Assembly: GCA_051294375.1 (NCBI GenBank)
Contig: CM119271.1
Location: 5,237,281-5,301,280, forward strand
Source: Paraspadella gotoi
Taxonomy: Eukaryota; Animalia; Chaetognatha
Direction of reading: 5' to 3'
DNA length: 64,000 bases
Of the stretch, positions 10,228-23,025 are shown piece after piece. Within the stretch, counting starts at the first letter, position 1. Each line of letters starts with the position of its first letter. The notes under the pieces were generated by a model. The model was given only the letters and a program-made list of their open reading frames with translations. It was not told the origin of the DNA and searched no databases. A program made the position numbers and the translations under genes.

Positions 10228-13200
10228 ATCCTCTCTCTTTCTCTGTCTCGTCCCTGTTCTGATGGCTGATTTACCATCCAGATGACATGAAGCTCCTTTC
10301 TCCGCCCGCCCGAAGGGGACTCAGAGGACGTAATGCAAATGATTTTTCAATTATATCTACACGAGTCCGGAGGAGGAAGGGGTTGACAGGGTCCGGGGGG
10401 GTTTGGGGTTAAAGGGGAAGAAGCAGGAGGGGGGGTGGTTAGTCGGAAATTAAATGAAATGTGTGGGAATTGTAAGCCGGTCAATCAAAGTCTTTTGAAG
10501 GGAGGATTAGGACTAAAAGAAGGGGATTTAGGTCGAAGCCAAAACGTCAGATTGTAAAAAGATCAAAAAACAAAAAAAAAAAAAAAAAGAGGCGGCTATT
10601 AACAGTTGCGATAAAGGCATTACGTGCACAATTGATCCTTCGATTTGGCACATCCGCTGGGTAGAGGGTAGTCGAGTGGCGTCGGTGACACGGACGAGTG
10701 ACAAAAAGGGGATTAGGTTTTCCAGATTCGTAAACCGCGTCAAAGTCAGGGGAGATTGAGTTCCGCTAAAGAACAGTTTTTCTTTTTTCAACGGCGATGA
10801 CCGTCGAGAGGAATTTTTACGAGATGAAGAGAAATCCGAGGAGAAAAGGGAGAATGACCCGAAGTGGGATGAGGGGGAGGTAGAGGGAGAGGTGGGAGGG
10901 AGGTGGTCAAAGGGTCAGGGGGTAGACAGACTCGGGAGGCAGTAACGCGACGGGACAGCGGCGGGGCGTTAATCCGAAATAAGCGAGCGAACGCCGACGG
11001 AACGCCGGTTGCGGACTAATGGGTTGTAAAAACTGTGTGGGGCCGAAGAGGAAGAGGGAAGAGGAAGAGGAAAAGGAAAAGGGGAGGGAAAAGGGAAGGG
11101 AACGGAAGACTAGTAAACTAAAATGAACTAAAAGGGAAAAGAAAGGAAAAGGACTAAACTAAAAAAGCTCGCCAAGGAGTCAATCTCGGAGTCAAGAGTT
11201 GCGCCTTTAAACGAGGTTCTTTTAATTATCCAGCGATTGGGCCGAGACGCTCAATCAAGAAGGGATGGGCGCATTGGAGGAATATTGGGCCGAGATTGGA
11301 ATTTGAGCCGAGCTTTGGACAATACGATTATCACGAGGGATCAGAGTCGAGAAAAAAGAGACGAGGAGAGGCGGAAAATTCGGCTAAGATCAGAGTTTAG
11401 CCTTAGTATCTAAATATATATATATATGTATCTATATCTATCATCAGGCAAAAATTTGAGAATTGGCCAAGATTGCTAACCTGGAATTTAGAATTCTAGC
11501 TAAAGCTTGTCATGAAAAGATCGACATCAAAATCAAAATAAACAACGCGATTAGACTTTCTTGGATGTTTGGGCTAAAGAGTAAAGATATTTATCCTTGG
11601 ATATTGGGCTAAAACTCTCGATCGAACCAAAATGGACCCAGACGCTGAGCCGGAGGGACATTCGCCCTCTCGAGAGATTCTCGCTTTTGCGTCTAAAAAA
11701 GACTCCAGCTCTTTGCGTCCGACGCGACGTTGGTTTCTCGACTTGTCCTCCTTCCAGTTGGGGCGACCGACTCTTTGTTTCATGCATATTTAAAAGAGCG
11801 AACTGGCGTTTCCCGTCCCGACGCTCGTCGTCGGTCGTCGTCGTCGTCGTCGTCGTCGGTCGCTCTTCCGACAGTCGTCTTCGTTCGGTCGTCGTCGTCT
11901 TCCGTCCTCGTACTTGCCATTTGTAGTCGTCGCCCTCACGCCTTGCGCGTCGTCGGGCTTCATCCTCCTTTCGATCGTCCCGCGTCTTCATCCTCACCAT
12001 GTTGTCTTTCGTCGTAGTCGTCGTCGTCTTCCTCTCCTCCCTTGGNNNNNNNNNNNNNNNNNNNNNNNNNTTCCAAAGTCGCAAAACATCTGACGTCGCT
12101 GACGGCGGTGGCCAGAAAAATAATATGCTCTATTATTTATAGACTAATATTTAACTCTCTCTCTNNNNNNNNNNNNNNNNNNNNNNNNNNNNNNNNNNNN
12201 NNNNNNNNNNNNNNNNNNNNNNNNNNNNNNNNNNNNNNNNNNNNNNNNNNNNNNNNNNNNNNNNNNNNNNNNNNNNNNNNNNNNNNNNNNNNNNNNNNNN
12301 NNNNNNNNNNNNNNNNNNNNNNNNNNTCCTTCCCATACAACTAATGTCGGGTCCATGAATATAACTCCCTTTTTTTTCTCTCCGTTTACGCGATTTGAAA
12401 AGACGAGGAAAAAGAAGAAAGGAAAAAAAGAAAAAAAGGAGAGAAGAAAAAAAGGGGAATTAAAAAAGTAGTGGAGAAATAAATGAAAAAGAGAGAAGAA
12501 AGAAAAGAAAAAAAAAGTTGAATAAATTGCACGTATTAATCACAGATTCAACATCGTTGTTTGTCGACTTTCGTCGTTTTCAGCTCCGCGGTTCGCGCTC
12601 GTTCGTCATCGTCATCGTCGTCATCATCTTCGTCATCGTCGTCATCTTCGTCCTTGTCATCGTCTCCGTCATCGTCGTCAATAATTGTCATCGTCATCGT
12701 CATCGTCTTAGTCTTTCTCCGATTTTTCGTCGTCAATATTATCAGTAGTTATGGTACATTTTGAGAATTCGTCGGTCCTCTACTCGTATTTTACCAGAAT
12801 AAAACAGTCATAAGGCAACAGTTGTTTTTCTTCTTCTTCTTCGTCGTCGTCTTCTTCGTCGTCATCGTCGTCGTACTCGTCTTCTTGTCTCTTGTCACTC
12901 GAAATCCGCTCAGGAAACAAACTCGAAGACGAAAAAAAAAATCCAAAAAAGAAAAAGAAAATAAGAGAAGAGGAGCCCTTCGAATTTGTTCGCTGTCTCT
13001 GCGGAAGGTGATTGCTGAGCTTGGTGACCTCAGCTTGGTTGTCAAACTGATGACTTAAAATGCTTCCGTACCTAAAGATTCGTCTTTTCTTATTCGTTAT
13101 ATTTAAAAGAAAAAAAAATAGAACGGTAATTCCAATTTGTTGCGTCTCAGTAACTTTGTTTTCCTTTTGATTACATGATATGACATGACATGACTAAAAA

Positions 13201-13644
13201 CTTTTTTTGCCCGTGTATTTATGACATGCACTGCATCAAAATTCCATCTTTTATTATTTATAGTTTTAGGAATTCCTGAAGGCGTAGCTAGTAGTCCCTT
13301 ACATTTGAAGTTTTATTTATAAAAGACATTGACGAAGTAAACCATGGGCAAAAAACTATGTGGAGAATCTCTAAATCATGAAATAAATCGCGCTTCGAAA
13401 CGATCGGAATTCCGTATCGACTTGATGACGTGATTGGCAAATGTTGATCGATGTTTATTTCGCTCAAGTTTCCTCCAGAAGTTTACGTCTATTTTTGATT
13501 CTATCTTTCGCCAAGAGATTTATAAGAATGCTTTCGCATAATACGCCCACACGTTTGCCAAAATTGCTCTCGTGTTGCAATCATTGCCGATATATTCACA
13601 TTTGCTCCCATACGCCCCCGTCGCCACCCCCCGACAAATTCCCT

Positions 13645-14235
13645 TGACTCACGATCGTTTTCGTGATTGCCGACACGTTTCGATGATTGAAGANNNNNNN
13701 NNNNNNNNNNNNNNNNNNNNNNNNNNNNNNNNNNNNNNNNNNNNNNNNNNNNNNNNNNNNNNNNNNNNNNNNNNNNNNNNNNNNNNNNNNNNNNNNNNNN
13801 NGAACTTTAAAATTTGAAATAAAAAAAATAAAAAGCTTTCTCCACAACTTTGAGCACTTCTTTTAAGATTGCGGTGGATTTTTTTTTGTTCATGATTGCC
13901 CAAGCTTTCCTAATGATTTCCATTGCTTCGCCTATGATTGCCGACGTTTTTCCACGACTGCCAAACTCATCATTTTTTTTATTTCAAATTTTGACTCACA
14001 ATCGTTTTCGTGATTGCCGACACGTTTCGATGATTGAAGACTTGGTTACGTTATATAAATGTAGACATAATTAGACGAGAACTTTAAAATTTGAAATAAA
14101 AAAATAAAAAGCTTTCTCCACAACTTTGAGCGCTTCTTTTAAGATTTTTTTTTTCATGATTGCCCAAGCTTTCCTAATGATTTCCATTGCTTCGCCTATG
14201 ATTGCCGACGCTTTTTCCACGACTGCCAAACTCAT
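13645..14235. repeat. Local tandem duplication of ~345 bp
   Basis: TTGACTCAC(G/A)ATCGTTTTCGTGATTGCCGACACG...TTCCACGACTGCCAAACTCAT occurs at ~13645-13970 and ~13990-14235; it is single-copy in the duplicate at ~23790-24050. Confidence 0.7.
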
Positions 14236-14304
14236 TACTTCATGATTGCCAACGCTTTTACAACTATTGCCCAAGTAGTTCTCATGGTTTGTCGACCTGT
14301 TTTT

Positions 14305-14615
14305 TCCACGATTGCCCACGCTTTTTACGCGATTGCCGACGCATATCTCTGCGATTGCCGACGCATTTTCCGCGATAGCCGACGCATTTCACCGNNNNNN
14401 NNNNNNNNNNNNNNNNNNNNNNNNNNNNNNNNNNNNNNNNNNNNNNNNNNNNNNNNNNNNNNNNNNNNNNNNNNNNNNNNNNNNNNNNNNNNNNNNNNNN
14501 NNNNNNNNNNNNNNNNNNNNNNNNNNNNNNNNNNNNNNNNNNNNNNNNNNNNNNNNNNNNNNNNNNNNNNNNNNNNNNNNCTCCGCGATTGCCGACGCAT
14601 TTTTCCGCGATTGTC
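14305..14615. repeat. 22-bp minisatellite (CGATTGCCGACGCATTTCTCCG)n
   Basis: Repeated units on both sides of the N gap 14395-14580; a noisy, ungapped version is at ~24120-24470. Confidence 0.8.
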
Positions 14616-17600
14616 GACACTCGTGTTTCCAAAGTATTTCCTATTTGCGTCGCGGCCGCTCGAGCGGGAGAGGCGGGGGGTAGGGACGGGCTGGGTGAGT
14701 TAAATAAAAAGGGAGAGGATAGGCGAGAAGGCTGAGGAGGGTAAGGAGAGGGGACCGCGAAGCTTGCGGTGCCACTTTTAAATCCGCCGCCTTTTCAATG
14801 CCTCATAAATCATTCAAATGGGATCTTGGGATTCNNNNNNNNNNNNNNNNNNNNNNNNNNNNNNNNNNNNNNNNNNNNNNNNNNNNNAGCGGGCGCAACA
14901 GATGTTGACATGAAATCTTTAATGTAATTTGCATATTTCCAGTCGATATATTTTTCGTTAAGATATGTGCGACCAAGGCTGAACAAGTAAATCTAATTTA
15001 TTTCGTTTTTTTCATAAATTGATAAAGTTAAATATTATATTAATAATAAATTACTTCTTAACAAGAATGATGTTTAATATCTCATTAGAAAACTGGGGCT
15101 GAAAGTAACTTTTAACTTTGTGTTGTATAGATGCTCCCTCTCCCCATTACATTATAAAAGAATATACTCTATATAAAGAATATAATTAAATCTAATATAT
15201 TGTGAAATTTATTAAATTTTTACATTTATTTTAAAATTGTAATATAAAATTTTAAAGTCTAATTTAGTAAAACAAGTAANNNNNNNNNNNNNNNNNNNNN
15301 NNNNNNNNNNNNNNNNNNNNNNNNNNNNNNNNNNNNNNNNNNNNNNNNNNNNNNNNNNNNNNNNNNNNNNNNNNNNNNNNNNNNNNNNNNNNNNNNNNNN
15401 NNNNNNNNNNNNNNNNNNNNNNNNNNNNNNNNNNNNNNNNNNNNNNNNNGAGAAAGACGTGGGAAAGTTGGGCGAAAGAGGTGAGTTAAAGAAGTAGGTT
15501 AAGATATTAATTAAACCGTGAATGAGACTTGAGTGGGGAGCGTTGAGCCGGAGTGAAACGGATTATCACGAACGCGTGAGCGTCACATTGTTAAGAGATT
15601 TTAATCCGGGGTTACCGTCGAAAAAAAAAACTAGCTCGGTTTGGTTAATTTATGACTTTCCTTGATAAAAGTGATAAAGCGAACCTGTGAGAAAAAATCG
15701 GTTCGTGAAATTTGGTCCAACGGGGGAAACGAAAGTGGGAAAAGTAGGACACGAGTCTCTTACTGAGACAGACAGACAGACAGACCGAAAAAGGAAATGG
15801 AATCGAGTTTCGCGATTTCCGTTTAGAATCGAGGNNNNNNNNNNNNNNNNNNNNNNNNNNNNNNNNNNNNNNNNNNNNNNNNNNNNNNNNNNNNNNNNNN
15901 NNNNNNNNNNNNNNNNNNNNNNNNNNNNNNNNNNNNNNNNNNNNNNNNNNNNNNNNNNNNNNNNNNNNNNNNNNNNNNNNNNNNNNNNNNNNNNNNNNNN
16001 NNNNNNNNNNNNNNNNNGAGAGAGAGAGAGAGAGAGAGGAAATTTCGAAGGGCGAATTTGTAGAATGCGACAATTTGACAGATGTGAAAGAAAGAGACAA
16101 AGATTGAGACAAACTCTTTTGCGTGGTCGAATTCTTGAGACATTTTTACTGTTAATATTTTTTGACACTGGCTCCCGTTCAAACATGGTGTTTCCGGTAT
16201 ATAAGTGAGCACAAGCATTAAGCAATTCAACTATGCATTATCAACAAGCATTATCAACAAGCAAGCTTGACAATTTTGACAAGCTCTCTCCCCAGACCGA
16301 GATTCAGCTAATGAAGAAACTTTCTATATATTTATTTTTTTATTTATAGATCACTTTATGTTTTGACAGAAAATACAATCATTCATATTTTTTTTTTATC
16401 TCAACCTTATACTAGACGATACGACAGCTCATCTAGTTCCCCCAGTAAGAGATGATGTTTAACTTAAAAAGAAAATCGAAAAAGAATAAAAAAAAAATGT
16501 TTTTGGGCACTCTATAATCTTCAGCAAATAATGAAATTACAATGAGTGGATTACATAGAGTATTGGATTTTTTTTTTAGAATATTGGATAACAGAGAATA
16601 AAAACGATCGTTTTAAAAACTAAAAAAAAAAANNNNNNNNNNNNNNNNNNNNNNNNNNNNNNNNNNNNNNNNNNNNNNNNNNNNNNNNNNNNNNNNNNNN
16701 NNNNNNNNNNNNNNNNNNNNNNNNNNNNNNNNNNNNNNNNNNNNNNNNNNNNNNNNNNNNNNNNNNNNNNNNNNNNNNNNNNNNNNNNNAAAAAAAAAAA
16801 AAAAACTAAATTGAGGGTAGAAAAAAAAAGCAAAAATTTTATTTGTCTTTTTATTGTTTCATTTTGCGGAGTTTTGGATAAAAAAAAAAATTGGGCGTCT
16901 TGGAACCAATGGAGGTTAGAGCGCCGATCGAATTTTTTATTTTATCAGTGCCCAAAATAGTATTTAATGGACTGGTCAGACCGTCTTTTCCCTTGGTTCC
17001 CAAAAAACCTGTGGCTCTAAGTAAAAAAAGGACAAATCATTACATATTCAGGACGGTTTCGGAGAGCTTATTGTTTCTCTACATTGATGAAAAAAAGAAA
17101 AAGTAAAATTCTGCAATCTTTATTGCTTGATAAAGCCAATCAAATGAACTGCTTTAAGGCGAAAACTGCATGAGTTCAACCTTCATGATTTTTTTTTTGT
17201 TCTAAGACCATCGAAGAAACTGTATTGTTTTACTATCTGTTTCATGTAGACGCGCGGGATTAAATTTTTTTATTTATATTAAAATCTCGTGCAAATAGAA
17301 AAAAATTTCGTTTATCTGCATGGTAAAGCCCATTTTTAAGCGCTATTCCGGGCCGTAATTTTAAACTGTCATAAGGTTATCTCAAAAGGGACTGCATCGA
17401 ACAAGTTTGAGCAAACAATGCGGATCTGCCCACCTTTTTATCGGTAATTAATAATAATAATAATTAATAATAATTATTTTTAAATAATTAATTTTATAAC
17501 GGATGGAATGGACGGACGGACGGAGAAACAGACAAACGGACAGACGGACATCGTTTTTTTTTGCATAAATTTTTCATAATTCGATATTCTCACATGATAT

Positions 17601-18696
17601 AAGTGAATGCCATGTCCCAAACAAGATTGAGGGGCGAACCGCGGACCGACAAAAAGTGAATTATACAGTCGGGATCTGCTGATAAGCAATCGACTAAAAA
17701 AGAAGAAGGTTACAAAACAGCAACTCCGTGTTGCACGTGATGTGGCCTTAAATTCTCTTGCTCTCGATAAACTTTTAAAAATAAAATAGAATCTATGTAT
17801 TAATTGTTTATGTATATTGTATAACGTAGAATTTTCTCCGTCGCGAGTCGGTCGTGTTCAGTCTCATAAAATTCTCAACATATCACTTTACGAGAGATTC
17901 GCCGCTTCGTTCAACAAAAAAAAAATTTTGGCCCCAAACTTTTTTGTATTCGTAGTTCGTTTTTTCGCTATGTTTTGATTTGTTTAACATGAAATGATGC
18001 ATTTCGTGAAAACTTATTGTTAACGGTATTCTTTAGCCAACCAGTTTGTTTGCGTACGATAAATTCCTTAATCTCGAAAAAGTCTCTTTATCTCAAATAT
18101 ATTTATAAAAAAATGATCTAGTTCCTGTGCTGTAGTTGACGCTTCTAAGGATGGAGTAAACGAAGGCAAACGACTCTCTTTATAATTATATGCAACTTTC
18201 CCGTCTTCGCCTTGATCGCTTCGAGTTTAATCGGTTTACATCCCGGGGATGTCTCGAATTCTCAGGTTTACATTCCAGAACGTCTTTGTCTTCAATCGGG
18301 CTACGACGTCTCGGGTCTATACAAAGGAGTTTAAATCGAGGAGGGGATTTTTAGCCAATTCGGTATTCACTATTTCAAGTCACGTTCCGGTTAAAATCTG
18401 GGTAAATTGTATGCATTCATCTTATGTCAATAAACTTTCAAAGTTATTAGTAAAATGTCAATCCCCAATTAAACTAAATTTTCTTTAAAAGCTTAATTTT
18501 GCACGACTGAATTATATAAACAGTATCACTCAGAATTGACATGCGGGAGGTGCCCCCCCGAGTGGCCCGAAAAAAAAATAGGAGTTGAAACTTTTGTTTT
18601 TCATTTCATCTCACGTCTGCTTGGGAATTTGGTGTCGAAATAATTATCTCTCTCTCTCTTCTCTCTCCTCTCTCCTCTCTAATCTCTCTCTCTCTC

Positions 18697-18746
<50 letters not shown>

Positions 18747-18890
18747 TCTTTCTCTCCTACCCTCCCCCCAGTTTTTTTCCACCCCGCCCCTCATTCATCG
18801 CTTCGGGGGCGATCTGGCAAAAAAAAAGATGACCGCTCGAGACAAGAGATAGGGATGGGCCTACCTCAAACTTCATACCTCTGTCCTCTT

Positions 18891-18930
<40 letters not shown>

Positions 18931-19097
18931 CTTCCTCTCTCTCTCTCCTCTCTCGTTTCGGCTCAATTTCCCGTTTTTTATCCGCCCCCTTTTTTGCTCA
19001 TCATTGAAAGCCCCATTGGTGCTTCACCGCCATTTTGCTCCAACTGCTGTCCGTCGTCGTATTAGGCCCCATCAGTCGGCATTGGAACAACTATTAC

Positions 19098-19172
<75 letters not shown>

Positions 19173-21064
19173 CGTCTCTGTTCTGATTTGGCTGATTTAC
19201 CTCCAGATGACATTTGAAGCTCCTTTCTCCGCCCCGCCCGAAGGGACCAGTGAGGCGAATGCAAATGATTTTTCAATTATTCTTACGAGTCCGGAGGAGG
19301 AAAGGGGTTGAAGGGTCCGGGGGGGTTTGGGGGTTAAGGGGAGAAGCAGGGGGGGGTGTGTTGTCGGGGATTAAATGAAAGGTTGTGGGAATTGTTAAGC
19401 CGGTTCAATCAAAGTCTTTTGGAAGGGGGGAGGATTAGGACTAAAAGAAGGGGATTTAGGTCAAGCCAAAACGTCAGATTGTAAAAGATTCCAAAAAAAA
19501 AGAGGCGGGCTTTCGTTGCGATAAAGCATTGTGAACACGGTAGGTGGCCGTCGGGACAAAAAGGGGATTAGGTTTTTCCAGATTTCGTAAACCGCGTCAA
19601 AGTCAGGGAGATTGAGTTCCGCTAAAGAACATTTTCTTGTTTGGTTTTTTTTCACGGCGATGACCGTTCGAGGAGGAATTTTTACGAGATGAAGAGAAAT
19701 CGAGGAAGACAAAGGGAGAATGACCCGAATGGGATGAGGGGGGGTTTAGAGGAGAGATGGGAGGGAGTGGTCAAAGGTCAGGGGGTAGACAGACTCGGGG
19801 AGCGTTAACCGGACGGACAAGCGGCGAGGGCGTTAAATCCGAAATAAGCGAGCGAACGCCGATGGAGAATCGCCGGTTGCGAACTAATGCGGTGGTAAAA
19901 ACTGTGTGGGCCGAAGAGGAAGAGGGAAGAGGAAAAGGAAAAAGGGAGGGGAAAAGTGGAAAAGGAAGGGAACGGGAGACTAGTAAACTAAATGAACAAA
20001 AAAGGAAAAGAAAGGAAAAGGACTAAACTAAAAAAGACTCGCCAAGGAGTCATCCGGAGTCAAGAGTTGCACCTTTAAACGAGTTCTAATTATCCAGCGA
20101 TTGGGCCGAGACCGCTCAATCAAGAAGGGATGGGCGCATTGGAGGGACTGTTGGGCCGAGATTGGAATTTGAAGCCGGCTTTGGACAATACGTTATCACG
20201 AGGATCAGATAGTCGAGGAAAAAGAGACGAGAGAGGCGGAAAATTGGCTAAATTTCAGAGTTTTGCCTTAGTATCTAATATATATATATATATATATGTA
20301 TCTAATATCTTATTCATCGGGCAAATTTAAGAATTTGGCCCAAGATGGCTAACTTGGATTTGGAATTCTAGCTTAAAGCTTTGTCATGAAAGATCGACAT
20401 CAAAACAAAATAAAACAATCGCAATTAGAAATTCTTGGATGTTGGGCTAAGATAATGGATGGGACGATAAAGAGTTAAAGAAAATTATCCTGGATATTGG
20501 GCTAAAACTCTCGAACCGAACCAAAATGTACCCAACGCTTGAGCGCGAGGACATTCGCCTCTCTCGATGAGATTCTCGCTTTTTTTGCGTCTAAAAAAAG
20601 ACTCCAGCTCTTTCGCGTCCGACGGCGACGTTGGTTTCCGACTTGTCCTCCTTCCAGTTGGTTTTTTTCTAGGGCGACCGATCTGTTTCATGATATTTAA
20701 AAGAGCGAACTGGCGATTCCGTCCGTCGTCGTGCGTCGTCGTCGTCGTCGTTTCCGTCCTGCGTCTTGCATTTGTAGTCGTTTCGACCCTCCGCCTTGTC
20801 TCGTCGTGCGTTCGCTTATTCCTCCTTGTCGTCGCGTCGTCGTTTCATCCTCCTGTCCGTCGTCGTCATCCTTGTCGTAGTCTCGTCGTCGTTTCATCTT
20901 CCTTTGTTCGTCGTCGTCTCCTTGTCGTCGTCTCGTGTCGTTGTCGTCTTACTTTCCTCTTCGACTTTCTCTCAGAGAAAATCAGTTCAAAGTCCAAAAC
21001 ATCTGACGTCGCTGGACGGCCGGTGGACCAGAAAATAATATGCTCTATTATTAAGATAATATTT

Positions 21065-21126
<62 letters not shown>

Positions 21127-22300
21127 TATCTCTCTTTTCTTTTCTATCTCTCTCTCTCTCGTTTTTCTCTCTCTCTCTCCTCTTTTTTCTCTCTCCTCTC
21201 TCTCTCTCTTCTCTCTCTCTTCTCTCTCTCTCTCTCTCTTCTCCCTCTCTCTCTCTCTCTCTCTCTCGTTTCCTCCTCCTTCCCATACAACTATGTCCGG
21301 GGTCCGATGAATATGAACTCCCTTTTTTTCTTTCCGTTTAGCGATTGAAAAGACGAGGAAAAAAGAAGAAAGGAAAAAAAAAAAAGAAGAAAGGAAAAAA
21401 AAGGAATTAAAAAAGTAGTGGAGAAATAAATGAAAAGAGAGAAGAAAGAAAAAAAAGTGAAGAAAAGAAAAAAAAAGAAGAAAAGTTGAATAAATTGCAC
21501 GTATTAAATCACAGATTCAACAATCGTTGTATTTTTTCGACTTTCGTCGTTTTCAGCTCCGCGGTTCGCGCTCGTCTCATCGTCATTCGTCCGTCATCAT
21601 CTTCGTCATCTCGTCATCTTTCGCATCCTGTCATCGTCCCGCATCGTCGTCAATAATTGTCATCGTCATTCGTCTTAGTCGTAGTCTTTCTCCGATTTTC
21701 GTCGTCAATATATCAGTAGTTTCATGACACATTTTTGAGAATCGTCGGCCTCTACTCGTATTTTACCCAGAATAAAAAAGTCATGAGCAACCAGTTGTTT
21801 TTCTTCTTCTTCTCTCGTCGTAATCGTCATTCGTCGTCGTACTCGTCTTCTTGTCTCTTGTCACTCGAAATCCGCTCAGGAAACAAACTCGAAGACGAAG
21901 AAAAAAAAAAACCCCCAAAAAGAAAAAGAAAATAGAGAAGAGGAGCCCTTCGAAATTTGTCGCTGTCTCTGAGGAAGGTGATTGCTGGCTGTGGACCTCA
22001 GCTTTGGTTGTCCAAAATGATGACTTAAATGCTTCCGTACCTAAAAGATTCGTCTTTTTCTATTCGTTATATTAAAAGAAAAAAATAGAACGGTTTTCCA
22101 ATTTGTGCCGTTCATAAATTTATTTTCCTTTTGAATCACATGATATGAATTGACATTGACTAAAATCTTCATTTTTGCCCGTGTATTTATATGACATGCA
22201 CTGCATTCAAAATTCCATCTTTTTTCTTTATAGGTTTAGGAATTCCTGAAGGCGGAGCTTAGCAGTCCCTTAGATTTGTGAAGGTTTTATTCCGTCTTAA

Positions 22301-22435
22301 AACAAATGAGCAACTAAACTATTGGCAAATTATTAAGAATTTGTAACGTAGGAAGAACAGAACGACAGGACCGACGGACCGATAAAAAGACTTCATTAGG
22401 AGTTGCTCAGCGAGAACTTCGCGGCGCAATAAAAA
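22301..22435 (-). mobile_element. Short HINE-like element, family B (noisy copy)
   Basis: Matches 48722-48881 (AACAAATGAGCAAC...GACCGA..AAAAG..GAGTTGCTC.GCGAG..AAAAA). Confidence 0.5.
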
Positions 22436-22459
22436 CCGAATAAACAAAGTTCCAGTTTC

Positions 22460-23025
22460 TACGACGGAACCCTGCTACAGTAAGGCGTAGTGAAAGTACA
22501 TACGAAATTCATAAAAGTCAATTATGAACAACATATCCATCAGTGTACATTAATTTGTAAAAAAAATTAATTTTATATTTTTTAATTTTCGCAAGTAGGC
22601 TATATTTATAATAGTAAAAATTCACTATCCTTTTAAAATCGTTCATTAAGTGGCTTAAAAATTTAAAAAAATCTATATTTAAATATAAAAAGTTAATTCA
22701 GCCTAAAATATAGCTTTTTCTAATTTTTGACCCACTTAATGAGGAATTTTTCAAAAAAAGGAGTTATATTTCTTTTTATCAAACTTTTTAATGACAATCC
22801 AAATCTGGCAAAAATCTTAGAAAAAACTGTTTGGTGAATTTTAACATTATTGTTTATTACCGTTTAAATATGTCCTACTGCATAAATTTGTAAAATTTAT
22901 TATAAATTTTTTTTATACATAAATGTTCATTAATATAATCAGTTCGTTCCTCCAACTTTTAGATTTTAATTAAAGTTAAAAATTTAAATTTTTTACTTAC
23001 GCCTTACTGTACAGTTGTACACGTT
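22460..23025. mobile_element. MITE related to 1911-2823
   Basis: Perfect 14-bp inverted pair TACAGTAAGGCGTA/TACGCCTTACTGTA (22476, 22998). The internal block CCCACTTAATGA..GAGTTATATTTC..TATCAA is shared with ~2558-2610. Exact ends are uncertain. Confidence 0.55.

Noticed and set aside
10620-10770. Exon-like minus-strand segment (RNSISPDFDAVYESGKPNPLF...)
   Set aside because: No recognisable motif or partner exons, and the other copy (~19530-19560) lacks a large part of it.
12518-12870. Poly-Asp/Ser/Thr ORFs from (GAC/GTC/CAT)n tracts (also 37700-38170, 44860-45320, 54560-54640)
   Set aside because: Trinucleotide microsatellites open in several frames on both strands, with no splice support.
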